Assembly: GCF_046105845.1 (NCBI RefSeq)
Contig: NZ_CP151004.1
Direction: 5' to 3' (one strand)
Source of the DNA: Escherichia coli
GTDB lineage: Bacteria > Pseudomonadota > Gammaproteobacteria > Enterobacterales > Enterobacteriaceae
Length of the DNA: 64,000 bases
Positions within the stretch are counted from its first letter, which is position 1. Each line of letters opens with the position of its first letter. The position numbers and the translations under genes are program-made. Under the pieces are notes generated by a model, which worked only from the letters and a program-made list of their open reading frames with translations, was not told where the DNA came from and made no database searches. Below are positions 25,136 through 37,275 of the stretch, in pieces.

Positions 25136-26554
25136 TTATTTCCCCTTCCTCGCCGCCTCATACGCTGCCAACGTTCGTACTCTCGCTTCTTTGTGATCGA
25201 CAATCGGTTGCGGATAATCCAGCGTCACACCTGATTTATCTGCCCACTTCCACGGCTCATGCACCGCTTTCCCTGGTACATCGCGCAACTCTGGTAGCCA
25301 CCGGCGGATAAACTCGCCTTCGCGGTCAAATTTCTCGCCCTGGGTTGTCGGGTTAAAAATACGAAAATACGGCGCTGCATCGGTTCCGGTTGAAGCGGCC
25401 CACTGCCAGCCACCGTTATTGGCTGCCAAATCACCATCAATCAGCTGCGACACGAAATATCGCTCGCCTTCGCGCCAGTCGATCAATAAATCTTTCACCA
25501 AAAAACTGGCTGTAATCATCCGTAGCCGGTTATGCATCCAGCCAGTGCTGTTAAGCTGACGCATGGCAGCATCAACAATCGGGTATCCCGTTTTACCTTC
25601 TTGCCAGGCTTTAAAATGGGCGGGATTGCGCTGCCACTGCACACGATCCGTCCAGACAATAAACGGACGATGTTTACACAGCGAAGGATAATACGTCATC
25701 AAATGGCGGTAGAACTCGCGCCAGATCAACTCATTAAGCCAGACACTACCGGCCCCATCTTCCAGCGCCTGCGGCTGTTCCGCCAACAGGCGATGTAGAC
25801 ACTGGCGAGGCGATAACCCGCCCGTTGCCAGGCTGGCGGACAAACGGCTGGTACCTTCAACTGCCGGAAAATCTCGTTGTTGCTCATACTCTCCGGCACC
25901 GTTCTGGCAAAACTGGCGTAATTGCGCAATCGCCGCTTTTTCTTCCACCGGGAAATGCGCAGTATCGAAAGGCTGACGAGGATAACTCAGCGTAATGGAT
26001 GGCGCGGGAGCTATCGATCCGCTACTACGTACTTTTGGCGCAGCGACGCACTCCGGCATCCCTTCCCGCAACCGTTTCAGCCAGGCGTTTTTAAATGGCG
26101 TAAAGACTTTGTACATCTCATGATTGCCAGTCATCACCGTCCCCGGCGGCAGGATCACGCTGTCGTCAAATCCTTCACACACCACGTTACGCAGCGTTCT
26201 CTCAACCTGCACATCCCGCGCCCGCTCATTCACCTCATACTGATAGTTATAAAAAAGATGAGTAACGCTGTTTTCCGCGCACACCTGTTTAACTATTTCG
26301 ACGCTGGCGGCAAAGTCATCCACTTCACGGAACAATAAAGGAATGCCTTTTTCCGCCAGCGCGATTTGTAGCCCATTCAGTTGAGCATTGATAAGTTCAG
26401 CCTGACGCGGCGACACATTATGCGCCGCCCACTGGCGTGGGGTAGCGATATACAACGCCAGCACGCGCGCAGACGAATTGCGGCAGGCGGCAGCCAGCGC
26501 GAGATTATCGTGCTGACGTAAATCCTGGCGAAACCAGACCAGATGGGTAGTCAT
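25136..26554 (-). CDS. phr: Deoxyribodipyrimidine photolyase
   Basis: 472-aa ORF MTTHLVWFRQDLRQHDNLALAAACRNSSARVLALYIATPRQWAAH...; FAD-binding C-terminal domain. Confidence 0.96.
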   Translation of the reverse strand: MTTHLVWFRQDLRQHDNLALAAACRNSSARVLALYIATPRQWAAHNVSPRQAELINAQLNGLQIALAEKGIPLLFREVDDFAASVEIVKQVCAENSVTHLFYNYQYEVNERARDVQVERTLRNVVCEGFDDSVILPPGTVMTGNHEMYKVFTPFKNAWLKRLREGMPECVAAPKVRSSGSIAPAPSITLSYPRQPFDTAHFPVEEKAAIAQLRQFCQNGAGEYEQQRDFPAVEGTSRLSASLATGGLSPRQCLHRLLAEQPQALEDGAGSVWLNELIWREFYRHLMTYYPSLCKHRPFIVWTDRVQWQRNPAHFKAWQEGKTGYPIVDAAMRQLNSTGWMHNRLRMITASFLVKDLLIDWREGERYFVSQLIDGDLAANNGGWQWAASTGTDAAPYFRIFNPTTQGEKFDREGEFIRRWLPELRDVPGKAVHEPWKWADKSGVTLDYPQPIVDHKEARVRTLAAYEAARKGK

Positions 26555-27060
26555 AAAACTCCTGCATGGCGCAAGTTAATCACACGCGGCCAAAGTTCGA
26601 AATAACGCTGCCCTGAAAGCCAGGCGTCAGGATAAAGCGCCATATAGTGTTTGATACGCATCAGCGGCGCAAGAAGCGGTTGCTCGCCACGGCGATAACT
26701 GTCGATAAGCGCCGCCAGCTGCTGGCGTTCTGTGGAATCAATATGCGGGCGAAAATACCCCTGAACGTGCATCAAAACGTTGGTGTGATCGCGCGGGTTG
26801 GCGGGATGAGAAAGCAAAACAATTACGCGTTGGCGGTACTGGCTGTAAAAATCATCCAGATTTTGCCACTGATGAATATCAGCCACAAACGGGCCAAGTT
26901 TGCGGTATTCCGGCTGAGAATGAGCCAGAAAGACGAGTTTATAGCGGCTGTGATAATCGAGAAGCGCCCCGCGCGTTAAGCCTCGCTCTTTAAGACGGTA
27001 TAACTCCTGCAAAGCAAAAATGCGAATAAGGGTGCTGTCATCAAATCGTTGTAGATTCAT
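26551..27060 (-). CDS. ybgA: DUF1722-family protein, cotranscribed upstream of phr
   Basis: Start set at MNLQRFDDSTLIRIFALQELYRL (169 aa) with an AGGAG RBS; the track ORF begins at 27129. Its stop overlaps the phr start. Confidence 0.88.
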   Translation of the reverse strand: MNLQRFDDSTLIRIFALQELYRLKERGLTRGALLDYHSRYKLVFLAHSQPEYRKLGPFVADIHQWQNLDDFYSQYRQRVIVLLSHPANPRDHTNVLMHVQGYFRPHIDSTERQQLAALIDSYRRGEQPLLAPLMRIKHYMALYPDAWLSGQRYFELWPRVINLRHAGVL

Positions 27061-27161
27061 TACTGCTCCTGAACGGTTTACAGGAGTAAGTGTAGACGGC
27101 GAAAAGAAAAAAACCGCCAGCGTTTCCACTAGCGGTTTTCAATGTATTCAAAACTCAGCAA

Positions 27162-27368
27162 TCAGTAAAAATCACCAGTTGCCTTTTCGGCCTGATCCAT
27201 CCACACCGGTTTATCGCTGGTTTTCGACCAGACGCGGTGCAGGTAGCTGTAAAAGCGGGCGCGGTCTTTCCAGAAAAGCATGAAAGGCAGCGCCAGAACG
27301 CCCGCTGCAACCGCATAAGTACGGCGTAAAAAGATAAGCCATGCAGGATATTCTCTGTAGAGTTCCAT
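27162..27368 (-). CDS. ybfA: Small inner-membrane protein YbfA (DUF2517)
   Basis: 68-aa [71 protein letters not shown]. Confidence 0.85.
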
Positions 27369-27574
27369 ACTTTTCTCCCCCTTTTGTATCTACCCGGTGA
27401 ATGGCACCGGAAAAATGAATTTGTTTATCTGATGAAAATAGTACCGCCTTTTGTGTAATTTTACTACTCATCCGACCACTTATTTTTGCTTATTGATGGT
27501 TTATTTACATTCACCGTGTAATTAAGTTACATGAAAGTTAAATTAATACTAATCATTAGTTAAATCATGGCTTT

Positions 27575-27605
27575 TGCCATTTTTATACTTTTTTTACACC
27601 CCGCC
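27575..27605 (+). promoter_or_regulatory. KdpE response-regulator binding site in the kdpFABC promoter
   Basis: CATTTTTATACTTTTTTTACACCCCGCCCG about 80 bp upstream of kdpF; matches my recollection of the characterised KdpE operator. Confidence 0.65.
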
Positions 27606-27680
27606 CGCAGATTTTTGCGAAATCTTTGCAGCCAGAATTCTACCCTTCCGGTATCACTTTTAGGCCACTGGAGGTGCACT

Positions 27681-27770
27681 GTGAGTGCAGGCGTGATAGC
27701 CGGCGTGTTGCTGGTGTTTTTATTACTGGGTTATCTGGTTTATGCCCTGATCAATGCGGAGGCGTTCTGA
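27681..27770 (+). CDS. kdpF: K+-transporting ATPase small subunit KdpF (29 aa)
   Basis: GTG start with GGAGG RBS; [29 protein letters not shown]; stop TGA overlaps the kdpA ATG (TGATG). Confidence 0.85.
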   Translation: MSAGVIAGVLLVFLLLGYLVYALINAEAF

Positions 27771-29443
27771 TGACTGCGCAAGGGTTCTTACTGATCGCCA
27801 CGTTTTTACTGGTGTTAATGGTGCTGGCACGTCCTTTAGGCAGCGGGCTGGCGCGGCTGATTAATGACATACCTCTTCCCGGTACAGCGGGTGTTGAACG
27901 CGTACTCTTTCGTTTACCTGGCGTCTCTGACAGTGAGATGAACTGGAAGCAGTATCTCTGTGCCATTCTCGGCCTGAACATGCTGGGGCTGGCGGTGCTG
28001 TTTTTTATGTTGCTCGGTCAGCACTATCTGCCGCTTAATCCACAGCAGTTGCCAGGGCTGTCATGGGATCTGGCGCTGAATACCGCCGTCAGCTTTGTCA
28101 CTAATACCAACTGGCAATCTTACAGCGGTGAAACCACGTTGAGCTATTTCAGCCAGATGGCTGGCTTAACGGTGCAAAACTTTCTTTCTGCCGCCAGCGG
28201 GATTGCGGTGATTTTTGCCCTCATCCGTGCATTTACCCGCCAGGGCATGAGCACACTCGGGAATGCCTGGGTCGATCTGCTACGCATCACGTTATGGGTG
28301 CTAGTCCCTGTGGCGTTGTTGATCGCACTGTTTTTTATTCAACAAGGTGCATTGCAAAACTTTCTGCCCTATCAGGCGGTGAATACCGTTGAAGGAGCGC
28401 AACAGCTGTTACCCATGGGGCCAGTAGCTTCTCAGGAAGCGATCAAAATGCTCGGTACTAACGGCGGTGGCTTCTTTAATGCCAACTCCTCGCATCCGTT
28501 TGAAAACCCAACCGCACTGACCAACTTCGTGCAAATGCTGGCGATCTTCTTGATCCCAACGGCACTGTGCTTTGCCTTTGGCGAAGTGGCGGGCGATCGC
28601 CGTCAGGGGCGCATGTTGCTGTGGGCGATGTCGGTGATTTTTGTCATCTGCGTAGGCGTGGTGATGTGGGCAGAAGTTCAGGGTAATCCTCATCTGCTGG
28701 CACTGGGCGCGGACAGCAGCATCAATATGGAAGGTAAAGAGAGCCGTTTCGGCGTGCTGGTCAGTAGCCTGTTTGCGGTCGTGACTACGGCGGCTTCCTG
28801 CGGCGCGGTGATTGCGATGCATGATTCGTTTACCGCCCCCGGTGGCATGGTGCCGATGTGGCTGATGCAAATTGGTGAAGTGGTATTCGGCGGTGTCGGT
28901 TCTGGTCTTTACGGCATGATGCTGTTTGTCCTGCTGGCGGTGTTTATTGCCGGGCTGATGATTGGTCGTACACCGGAATATCTGGGTAAAAAAATCGACG
29001 TACGCGAGATGAAACTGACCGCACTGGCGATTCTGGTCACCCCGACGCTGGTGCTGATGGGCGCGGCGCTGGCAATGATGACCGACGCCGGACGTAGCGC
29101 CATGCTCAACCCTGGCCCGCATGGTTTTAGCGAAGTGCTGTACGCCGTGTCATCCGCCGCTAACAACAACGGAAGCGCCTTTGCCGGATTAAGCGCCAAC
29201 TCTCCATTCTGGAACTGTTTACTGGCGTTCTGCATGTTTGTCGGTCGCTTCGGGGTGATTATCCCGGTGATGGCAATTGCCGGTTCGCTGGTGAGTAAAA
29301 AGAGCCAACCCGCCAGCTCCGGCACGCTGCCAACGCACGGCCCGCTGTTTGTTGGCCTGTTAATCGGCACCGTATTGCTGGTTGGCGCACTGACCTTTAT
29401 CCCTGCCCTGGCGCTTGGTCCGGTGGCGGAATATCTCTCCTGA
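27770..29443 (+). CDS. kdpA: K+-transporting ATPase subunit A (K+ channel-like)
   Basis: 557-aa frame [33 protein letters not shown]...; the track ORF begins upstream at 27626. Confidence 0.96.
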   Translation: MTAQGFLLIATFLLVLMVLARPLGSGLARLINDIPLPGTAGVERVLFRLPGVSDSEMNWKQYLCAILGLNMLGLAVLFFMLLGQHYLPLNPQQLPGLSWDLALNTAVSFVTNTNWQSYSGETTLSYFSQMAGLTVQNFLSAASGIAVIFALIRAFTRQGMSTLGNAWVDLLRITLWVLVPVALLIALFFIQQGALQNFLPYQAVNTVEGAQQLLPMGPVASQEAIKMLGTNGGGFFNANSSHPFENPTALTNFVQMLAIFLIPTALCFAFGEVAGDRRQGRMLLWAMSVIFVICVGVVMWAEVQGNPHLLALGADSSINMEGKESRFGVLVSSLFAVVTTAASCGAVIAMHDSFTAPGGMVPMWLMQIGEVVFGGVGSGLYGMMLFVLLAVFIAGLMIGRTPEYLGKKIDVREMKLTALAILVTPTLVLMGAALAMMTDAGRSAMLNPGPHGFSEVLYAVSSAANNNGSAFAGLSANSPFWNCLLAFCMFVGRFGVIIPVMAIAGSLVSKKSQPASSGTLPTHGPLFVGLLIGTVLLVGALTFIPALALGPVAEYLS

Positions 29444-29465
29444 TGATATTGAGTGAGCACTGAAT

Positions 29466-31514
29466 ATGAGTCGTAAACAACTGGCGCTATTCGAACCAAC
29501 ACTTGTCGTTCAGGCGCTGAAAGAAGCGGTGAAAAAATTAAACCCGCAGGCGCAATGGCGCAATCCGGTGATGTTTATCGTCTGGATCGGCAGTCTGCTG
29601 ACCACCTTTATTAGCATCGCAATGGCAAGCGGTGCGATGCCTGGCAATGTGCTGTTTAGCGCGGCAATTAGCGGCTGGCTGTGGGTCACCGTACTGTTCG
29701 CTAATTTCGCCGAGGCGCTGGCAGAAGGCCGCAGTAAAGCGCAGGCCAACAGTCTGAAAGGGGTGAAAAAAACTGCCTTTGCCCGCAAGCTTCGTGAGCC
29801 GAAATATGGCGCTGCGGCGGACAAAGTTCCTGCCGATCAACTGCGTAAAGGCGATATCGTACTGGTAGAAGCTGGCGATATTATCCCCTGCGATGGTGAA
29901 GTCATTGAAGGCGGCGCATCGGTCGATGAAAGCGCCATCACCGGGGAATCGGCTCCGGTGATCCGTGAATCCGGCGGCGATTTTGCCTCCGTCACCGGCG
30001 GCACGCGTATTCTTTCTGACTGGCTGGTAATTGAGTGCAGCGTTAACCCCGGCGAGACATTTCTGGATAGGATGATCGCGATGGTGGAAGGCGCACAGCG
30101 ACGCAAAACGCCGAACGAGATTGCCCTGACCATTCTCCTGATTGCCCTGACTATCGTCTTTTTACTGGCAACCGCCACGCTGTGGCCGTTTTCCGCGTGG
30201 GGCGGTAATGCAGTCAGCGTAACGGTACTGGTGGCGCTGCTGGTCTGTCTGATCCCAACGACCATTGGCGGTCTGTTGTCAGCGATCGGCGTCGCCGGGA
30301 TGAGTCGGATGCTGGGCGCGAATGTGATTGCCACCAGCGGACGTGCAGTTGAAGCGGCGGGTGACGTTGACGTCCTGCTGCTGGATAAAACCGGCACCAT
30401 CACACTCGGTAACCGTCAGGCGTCGGAGTTTATCCCCGCGCAGGGCGTGGATGAAAAAACGCTGGCTGACGCCGCACAACTGGCTTCGCTGGCTGATGAA
30501 ACGCCGGAAGGCCGCAGTATTGTGATCCTCGCCAAGCAACGTTTTAACCTGCGCGAGCGCGATGTGCAGTCGCTCCATGCCACCTTTGTACCGTTTACTG
30601 CGCAAAGCCGGATGAGCGGGATCAACATCGACAACCGCATGATCCGTAAAGGTTCTGTCGATGCCATTCGCCGCCATGTTGAGGCTAACGGTGGTCACTT
30701 CCCTGCCGATGTCGATCAAAAAGTCGATCAGGTTGCGCGTCAGGGGGCCACGCCGCTGGTGGTGGTGGAAGGTTCCCGTGTGCTGGGCGTTATTGCGCTG
30801 AAAGATATCGTCAAAGGCGGTATTAAAGAGCGCTTCGCCCAGCTGCGCAAAATGGGCATTAAAACGGTGATGATTACCGGCGATAACCGTCTGACTGCCG
30901 CCGCGATTGCTGCGGAAGCGGGCGTCGATGATTTCCTCGCCGAAGCGACACCGGAGGCCAAGCTGGCATTGATTCGTCAGTATCAGGCAGAAGGCCGTTT
31001 AGTGGCGATGACCGGCGACGGCACCAACGATGCTCCGGCGCTGGCGCAGGCAGATGTCGCGGTGGCGATGAACTCCGGTACTCAGGCGGCGAAAGAAGCG
31101 GGCAATATGGTGGATCTCGACTCTAACCCGACCAAGTTGATCGAGGTGGTGCATATTGGCAAACAGATGCTGATGACCCGTGGCTCGCTCACTACCTTCA
31201 GCATTGCCAACGATGTAGCGAAATACTTCGCCATTATTCCGGCGGCGTTCGCGGCAACATATCCGCAGTTAAATGCGCTGAACATCATGCGCCTGCATTC
31301 GCCCGACTCCGCAATCCTCAGTGCGGTCATTTTCAACGCCTTGATTATCGTCTTTTTGATTCCCCTAGCGTTAAAAGGCGTGAGTTATAAACCGCTTACC
31401 GCTTCTGCCATGTTGCGCCGTAACTTATGGATTTACGGTCTGGGTGGGCTGCTGGTGCCATTTATTGGTATCAAAGTCATTGATTTACTGCTGACCGTTT
31501 GCGGTCTGGTGTGA
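29466..31514 (+). CDS. kdpB: K+-transporting P-type ATPase catalytic subunit B
   Basis: 682-aa ORF with P-type motifs DKTGTIT and [12 protein letters not shown]. Confidence 0.97.
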   Translation: MSRKQLALFEPTLVVQALKEAVKKLNPQAQWRNPVMFIVWIGSLLTTFISIAMASGAMPGNVLFSAAISGWLWVTVLFANFAEALAEGRSKAQANSLKGVKKTAFARKLREPKYGAAADKVPADQLRKGDIVLVEAGDIIPCDGEVIEGGASVDESAITGESAPVIRESGGDFASVTGGTRILSDWLVIECSVNPGETFLDRMIAMVEGAQRRKTPNEIALTILLIALTIVFLLATATLWPFSAWGGNAVSVTVLVALLVCLIPTTIGGLLSAIGVAGMSRMLGANVIATSGRAVEAAGDVDVLLLDKTGTITLGNRQASEFIPAQGVDEKTLADAAQLASLADETPEGRSIVILAKQRFNLRERDVQSLHATFVPFTAQSRMSGINIDNRMIRKGSVDAIRRHVEANGGHFPADVDQKVDQVARQGATPLVVVEGSRVLGVIALKDIVKGGIKERFAQLRKMGIKTVMITGDNRLTAAAIAAEAGVDDFLAEATPEAKLALIRQYQAEGRLVAMTGDGTNDAPALAQADVAVAMNSGTQAAKEAGNMVDLDSNPTKLIEVVHIGKQMLMTRGSLTTFSIANDVAKYFAIIPAAFAATYPQLNALNIMRLHSPDSAILSAVIFNALIIVFLIPLALKGVSYKPLTASAMLRRNLWIYGLGGLLVPFIGIKVIDLLLTVCGLV

Positions 31515-31522
31515 GGTTTACC

Positions 31523-32095
31523 ATGCGTGGATTACGTCCGGCATTATCGACATTTATCTTTCTGTTATTGATTACTGGCGGCGTTTACCCGCTGCTAACC
31601 ACCGCGCTGGGGCAATGGTGGTTTCCCTGGCAGGCCAACGGTTCGTTGATTCGTGAAGGTGATACGGTGCGCGGTTCGGCATTAATCGGGCAGAATTTTA
31701 CCGGCAACGGCTATTTTCATGGTCGCCCGTCGGCAACGGCAGAAATGCCCTATAATCCACAGGCTTCTGGCGGGAGCAATCTGGCGGTCAGTAATCCTGA
31801 GCTGGATAAACTAATAGCCGCACGCGTTGCTGCATTACGGGCCGCTAACCCGGATGCCAGCGCGAGCGTTCCGGTTGAACTGGTGACGGCATCGGCAAGC
31901 GGGCTGGACAATAACATCACCCCGCAAGCGGCAGCCTGGCAGATCCCACGCGTGGCGAAAGCGCGTAATCTCAGCGTTGAACAGCTCACGCAACTGATCG
32001 CAAAATACAGCCAACAACCGCTGGTGAAATATATCGGCCAGCCGGTCGTCAACATTGTCGAACTCAATCTGGCGCTGGATAAGCTTGATGAATAA
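31523..32095 (+). CDS. kdpC: K+-transporting ATPase subunit C
   Basis: Start set at [27 protein letters not shown] (190 aa); the track ORF begins at 31499. Confidence 0.93.
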   Translation: MRGLRPALSTFIFLLLITGGVYPLLTTALGQWWFPWQANGSLIREGDTVRGSALIGQNFTGNGYFHGRPSATAEMPYNPQASGGSNLAVSNPELDKLIAARVAALRAANPDASASVPVELVTASASGLDNNITPQAAAWQIPRVAKARNLSVEQLTQLIAKYSQQPLVKYIGQPVVNIVELNLALDKLDE

Positions 32096-34772
32096 CGAAC
32101 CCTTACGTCCCGATCCCGATCGTCTGCTGGAACAAACTGCCGCGCCGCATCGGGGGAAGCTGAAAGTTTTCTTCGGTGCCTGTGCGGGCGTCGGGAAGAC
32201 CTGGGCGATGCTGGCAGAGGCCCAGCGACTGCGGGCGCAAGGGCTGGATATTGTGGTTGGCGTGGTTGAAACCCACGGGCGGAAAGATACCGCCGCAATG
32301 CTGGAAGGGCTGGCTGTTCTGCCGCCCAAACGCCAGGCGTACCGTGGGCGGCACATCAGCGAGTTTGATCTCGATGCCGCCCTCGCCCGCCGTCCGGCGC
32401 TGATCTTAATGGACGAACTGGCGCACAGTAATGCGCCAGGTTCTCGTCATCCTAAACGCTGGCAGGACATCGAAGAGCTGCTGGAAGCGGGCATTGATGT
32501 TTTCACAACCGTCAACGTTCAGCATCTGGAAAGTCTGAATGATGTGGTCAGCGGCGTCACCGGAATTCAGGTACGGGAAACCGTGCCCGATCCTTTTTTC
32601 GATGCCGCCGACGACGTGGTGCTGGTGGACTTGCCCCCGGACGATCTGCGCCAGCGGCTGAAAGAAGGCAAAGTCTATATTGCCGGGCAGGCGGAGCGCG
32701 CCATTGAACATTTTTTTCGCAAAGGCAATCTGATCGCCCTGCGCGAACTGGCACTGCGCCGTACTGCCGATCGCGTAGATGAGCAAATGCGCGCCTGGCG
32801 GGGGCATCCTGGCGAAGAGAAAGTGTGGCACACGCGCGACGCGATCCTTTTATGCATCGGGCATAACACCGGCAGTGAGAAACTGGTCCGCGCGGCGGCG
32901 CGGCTGGCGTCGAGGCTGGGTAGCGTCTGGCACGCGGTGTATGTTGAAACCCCTGCCCTGCATCGCTTACCGGAGAAAAAACGTCGGGCAATTCTCAGCG
33001 CCTTACGTCTGGCGCAGGAGCTGGGCGCGGAGACGGCAACACTTTCTGATCCAGCGGAAGAGAAAGCGGTAGTGCGTTATGCCCGTGAACATAATCTCGG
33101 CAAGATTATTCTCGGTCGCCCGGCCTCACGCCGCTGGTGGCGTCGGGAAACGTTTGCTGACCGACTGGCGCGCATCGCCCCCGATCTCGATCAGGTGCTG
33201 GTCGCGCTTGATGAACCACCCGCCCGCACGATTAACAACGCGCCGGATAGCCGCTCTTTTAAAGACAAGTGGCGGGTACAGATTCAGGGATGCGTGGTTG
33301 CCGCCGCGTTATGCGCCGTTATCACCTTAATTGCCATGCAGTGGCTGATGGCGTTTGATGCCGCCAACCTGGTGATGCTGTATCTACTTGGCGTGGTGGT
33401 GGTGGCGCTATTTTATGGACGCTGGCCTTCGGTGGTTGCTACCGTCATTAATGTGGTGAGTTTCGATCTCTTTTTTATCGCCCCACGCGGCACGCTCGCC
33501 GTCTCTGATGTGCAATATCTGCTGACCTTCGCGGTGATGTTAACCGTCGGGCTGGTGATCGGGAACCTTACTGCTGGCGTGCGTTATCAGGCGCGGGTAG
33601 CCCGTTACCGCGAGCAACGCACACGGCACTTATATGAAATGTCGAAAGCACTGGCGGTGGGCCGCAGTCCGCAGGACATCGCCGCCACCAGCGAACAATT
33701 TATTGCCTCCACGTTTCATGCCCGCAGCCAGGTGTTGCTGCCTGATGACAACGGTAAATTGCAGCCGTTAACACATCCGCAAGGAATGACGCCGTGGGAC
33801 GATGCCATCGCGCAGTGGGGTTTTGATAAAGGCCTGCCTGCGGGTGCGGGCACCGACACGTTACCCGGCGTGCCGTACCAGATTTTGCCGTTAAAAAGCG
33901 GTGAGAAAACCTACGGACTGGTGGTGGTGGAGCCGGGGAATCTGCGCCAGTTGATGATCCCGGAACAGCAGCGCCTGCTGGAGACGTTTACGCTGTTAGT
34001 CGCCAATGCCCTTGAGCGGCTGACGCTAACCGCCAGCGAAGAACAGGCGCGGATGGCAAGCGAACGTGAACAGATCCGCAACGCCCTGCTGGCGGCGCTT
34101 TCGCATGATTTACGCACTCCGCTTACGGTGCTGTTCGGTCAGGCAGAAATCTTAACGCTCGATCTGGCGAGCGAAGGATCGCCCCACGCCCGCCAGGCCA
34201 GCGAGATTCGTCAGCATGTGCTGAACACGACCCGACTGGTGAATAATCTACTGGATATGGCGCGAATTCAGTCCGGCGGCTTTAATTTGAAGAAAGAGTG
34301 GTTAACGCTGGAAGAAGTGGTCGGCAGCGCGCTGCAAATGCTGGAACCGGGTTTATCGTCGCCTATCAATCTTTCTCTGCCAGAACCGCTGACCTTAATC
34401 CGCGTTGACGGGCCACTGTTTGAACGGGTGCTGATTAATCTGCTGGAGAACGCGGTGAAATACGCGGGTGCACAGGCCGAAATTGGTATCAATGCCCACG
34501 TTGAGTGCGAAAATCTAGAACTGGATGTCTGGGATAACGGCCCCGGTCTTCCACCAGGCCAGGAGCAGACGATATTTGATAAGTTTGCTCGCGGGAATAA
34601 AGAGTCGGCGGTACCGGGTGTAGGGCTTGGGTTGGCAATTTGTCGGGCGATAGTGGATGTACACGGCGGCACCATTACCGCATTCAACCGACCGGAAGGT
34701 GGTGCCTGTTTTCGTGTTACACTTCCCCAGCAAACAGCCCCTGAACTTGAAGAATTTCATGAGGATATGTGA
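32088..34772 (+). CDS. kdpD: Sensor histidine kinase KdpD
   Basis: Start set at [41 protein letters not shown] (894 aa), overlapping kdpC by 8 nt; H-box LSHDLRTPL and an HATPase domain. Confidence 0.96.
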   Translation: MNNEPLRPDPDRLLEQTAAPHRGKLKVFFGACAGVGKTWAMLAEAQRLRAQGLDIVVGVVETHGRKDTAAMLEGLAVLPPKRQAYRGRHISEFDLDAALARRPALILMDELAHSNAPGSRHPKRWQDIEELLEAGIDVFTTVNVQHLESLNDVVSGVTGIQVRETVPDPFFDAADDVVLVDLPPDDLRQRLKEGKVYIAGQAERAIEHFFRKGNLIALRELALRRTADRVDEQMRAWRGHPGEEKVWHTRDAILLCIGHNTGSEKLVRAAARLASRLGSVWHAVYVETPALHRLPEKKRRAILSALRLAQELGAETATLSDPAEEKAVVRYAREHNLGKIILGRPASRRWWRRETFADRLARIAPDLDQVLVALDEPPARTINNAPDSRSFKDKWRVQIQGCVVAAALCAVITLIAMQWLMAFDAANLVMLYLLGVVVVALFYGRWPSVVATVINVVSFDLFFIAPRGTLAVSDVQYLLTFAVMLTVGLVIGNLTAGVRYQARVARYREQRTRHLYEMSKALAVGRSPQDIAATSEQFIASTFHARSQVLLPDDNGKLQPLTHPQGMTPWDDAIAQWGFDKGLPAGAGTDTLPGVPYQILPLKSGEKTYGLVVVEPGNLRQLMIPEQQRLLETFTLLVANALERLTLTASEEQARMASEREQIRNALLAALSHDLRTPLTVLFGQAEILTLDLASEGSPHARQASEIRQHVLNTTRLVNNLLDMARIQSGGFNLKKEWLTLEEVVGSALQMLEPGLSSPINLSLPEPLTLIRVDGPLFERVLINLLENAVKYAGAQAEIGINAHVECENLELDVWDNGPGLPPGQEQTIFDKFARGNKESAVPGVGLGLAICRAIVDVHGGTITAFNRPEGGACFRVTLPQQTAPELEEFHEDM

Positions 34773-35446
34773 CAAACGTTCTGATTGTTGAAGATGAACA
34801 GGCTATTCGTCGCTTTCTGCGCACGGCGCTGGAGGGCGATGGGATGCGCGTCTTTGAGGCCGAAACGCTGCAACGCGGCTTGCTGGAAGCGGCAACCCGT
34901 AAGCCAGATTTGATTATTCTCGATCTCGGCCTGCCCGATGGTGATGGGATTGAGTTTATCCGCGACCTGCGCCAGTGGAGCGCGGTGCCGGTGATTGTGC
35001 TTTCCGCACGTAGCGAAGAGAGCGACAAAATCGCCGCGCTGGATGCCGGAGCGGATGATTACCTGAGTAAGCCATTTGGTATTGGCGAATTGCAGGCCCG
35101 TCTGCGCGTCGCTTTACGCCGCCACTCCGCCACCACCGCGCCCGATCCGCTGGTGAAATTTTCCGATGTTACCGTCGATTTAGCGGCTCGTGTGATCCAT
35201 CGCGGTGAGGAAGAGGTGCATCTCACACCAATTGAGTTTCGCCTGCTGGCGGTGCTGCTCAACAATGCCGGAAAAGTGCTCACCCAGCGCCAGCTCCTTA
35301 ACCAGGTGTGGGGACCAAACGCGGTCGAACACAGTCATTATTTGCGTATTTATATGGGGCATCTGCGACAAAAACTGGAGCAAGATCCCGCCCGCCCCCG
35401 CCACTTCATTACTGAAACCGGTATTGGGTATCGGTTTATGCTTTAG
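34769..35446 (+). CDS. kdpE: Response regulator KdpE (OmpR family)
   Basis: GTG start overlapping the kdpD stop; 225 aa [31 protein letters not shown]...; receiver plus winged-helix domains. Confidence 0.96.
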   Translation: MTNVLIVEDEQAIRRFLRTALEGDGMRVFEAETLQRGLLEAATRKPDLIILDLGLPDGDGIEFIRDLRQWSAVPVIVLSARSEESDKIAALDAGADDYLSKPFGIGELQARLRVALRRHSATTAPDPLVKFSDVTVDLAARVIHRGEEEVHLTPIEFRLLAVLLNNAGKVLTQRQLLNQVWGPNAVEHSHYLRIYMGHLRQKLEQDPARPRHFITETGIGYRFML

Positions 35447-35455
35447 GCGGTTAAA

Positions 35456-35556
35456 TGCTGGATCCGGCATGAACGCCTTATCCGGCCTACAAAATAGCGC
35501 AAATTCAATATATTGCACCATCTTCCCAGGCCTGATAAGCGTAGCGCATCAGGCAG
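35456..35556. repeat. REP elements between convergent kdpE and pgm
   Basis: ATCCGGCATGAACGCCTTATCCGGCCTAC and CCTGATAAGCGTAGCGCATCAGGC units. Confidence 0.7.
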
Positions 35557-35564
35557 TCATAAGT

Positions 35565-35596
35565 AAAAAAGGGCGATCTTCCGACCGCCCTTTTTC
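35565..35596. terminator. Bidirectional rho-independent terminator (pgm / kdpE)
   Basis: AAAAAAGGGCGatcttccgaCCGCCCTTTTT: a GC hairpin flanked by an A-run and a T-run. Confidence 0.7.
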
Positions 35597-35609
35597 TTAT
35601 TAAATGTGT

Positions 35610-37250
35610 TTACGCGTTTTTCAGAACTTCGCTAACAATCTCAACCGCTTCTTTCTCAATCTGCTTGCGATGTTCTTCCCCGAGGAAGCTTTCGCAATAA
35701 ATCTTGTACGCGTCTTCCGTGCCTGACGGACGCGCGGCGAACCAGCCGTTGTCAGTCATCACTTTCAGACCGCCAATAGAAGCACCGTTGCCCGGAGCAG
35801 CAGTCAGGCGTGCGGTGATCGGGTCACCTGCCAGGGTGCTGGCGCTCACCATTTCCGGAGACAGCTTAGACAGCGCCGCTTTTTGTGCGGAAGTCGCAGC
35901 TGCCTGCAAACGGTTGTAGCTCGGCGCACCAAAGCGTTTTGCCAGTTCGTTGTAGTGTTCCTGCGGGTTCTTACCGGTGACAGCGGTGATTTCCGCCGCC
36001 AGCAGACACATGATGATGCCGTCTTTGTCGGTGGACCACGGCGTGCCGTCGAAACGCAGGAAGGAAGCCCCTGCGCTCTCTTCGCCGCCAAAGCCGAAGC
36101 TGCCGTCGAACAGACCATCAACAAACCATTTGAAACCTACCGGGACTTCTACCAGCTTACGGCCCAAATCATTGACCACACGGTCGATCATCGCAGAAGA
36201 AACCAGCGTTTTACCGACAGCAACATCTTTGCCCCACTGCGGACGATGCTGGAACAGGTAGTTGATCGCCACCGCCAGGTAGTGGTTCGGATTCATCAAA
36301 CCTGCCGGAGTGACGATACCGTGACGGTCATAATCCGGGTCGTTAGCAAACGCCAGATCGAACTTATCACGCAGTGCCAGCAGGCCCGCCATCGCACACT
36401 CGGAGGAGCAGTCCATACGGATCGCGCCGTCTTTATCGAGGTGCATAAAGCGGAAGGTTTGATCGACCTGATCGTTAACGATGGTCAGGTTGAGGTTGTA
36501 ATACTCGCCAATGCGCTTCCAGTATTCGATACCGGAACCACCCAGCGGATCAACGCCCAGCGTCAGGCCCGCTTTCTGAATCGCCGCCATATCAACGATA
36601 TCGGCCAGCCCTTCCACAAACGGCTGCACCAGATCCTGCTCTTTCACATGACCGGATGCCATCGCTTCGTCGAGGGAGATACGCTTCACGCCTTTCAGGC
36701 CATCAGCCATCAGTGCGTTGGCCCTGTCTTCCACCACTTTAGTGACGTTGGTATCAGCCGGGCCACCATTTGGCGGATTGTACTTGATACCACCATCTTC
36801 CGGCGGGTTATGAGACGGTGTGATCACGATACCGTCTGCCAGCGGGCCACCTTTTTTATTGTGAACCAGGATGGCATTGGAAACGGCAGGCGTCGGGGTG
36901 AAGCCATTGTTTTCCTGCACAATGACATCAACGCCATTCGCTGCCAGCACTTCCAGTACGGAAATGAACGCAGGCTCGGACAGGGCGTGAGTATCTTTAC
37001 CCACATAGCAAGGGCCAGTGATGCCGTTTTTCGCACGTTCTTCAGCAATTGCCTGAGCGATCGCCAGAATGTGCGGCTCGTTAAAGCTGTGGCGCGCTGC
37101 ACTGCCACGGTGACCGGAAGTACCGAATTTCACCGCGTGCTCCGCATTCCCTGCTTCTGGTTTCAGTACATAATATTGCGCCGTCAGTTGGGCGACGTTA
37201 ATCAAATCACTCTGTTGTGCAGGTTGGCCTGCACGATTGTGGATTGCCAT
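35610..37250 (-). CDS. pgm: Phosphoglucomutase
   Basis: Start set at [35 protein letters not shown] (546 aa); active-site TSGHRGS. The track ORF runs to 37301. Confidence 0.96.
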   Translation of the reverse strand: MAIHNRAGQPAQQSDLINVAQLTAQYYVLKPEAGNAEHAVKFGTSGHRGSAARHSFNEPHILAIAQAIAEERAKNGITGPCYVGKDTHALSEPAFISVLEVLAANGVDVIVQENNGFTPTPAVSNAILVHNKKGGPLADGIVITPSHNPPEDGGIKYNPPNGGPADTNVTKVVEDRANALMADGLKGVKRISLDEAMASGHVKEQDLVQPFVEGLADIVDMAAIQKAGLTLGVDPLGGSGIEYWKRIGEYYNLNLTIVNDQVDQTFRFMHLDKDGAIRMDCSSECAMAGLLALRDKFDLAFANDPDYDRHGIVTPAGLMNPNHYLAVAINYLFQHRPQWGKDVAVGKTLVSSAMIDRVVNDLGRKLVEVPVGFKWFVDGLFDGSFGFGGEESAGASFLRFDGTPWSTDKDGIIMCLLAAEITAVTGKNPQEHYNELAKRFGAPSYNRLQAAATSAQKAALSKLSPEMVSASTLAGDPITARLTAAPGNGASIGGLKVMTDNGWFAARPSGTEDAYKIYCESFLGEEHRKQIEKEAVEIVSEVLKNA

Positions 37251-37275
37251 TGCTTTGTCCTTTGTCTGCAACGTT

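Noticed and set aside
27211-27471. 86-aa minus-strand ORF overlapping ybfA in another frame
   Set aside because: ybfA (68 aa, recognisable) accounts for the locus; the overlapping frame has no support.
35180-35603. ORFs of 113 and 132 aa on both strands across the kdpE-pgm junction
   Set aside because: Their translations (e.g. ...YIEFALFCRPDKAF...) are the characteristic product of reading through REP palindromes.
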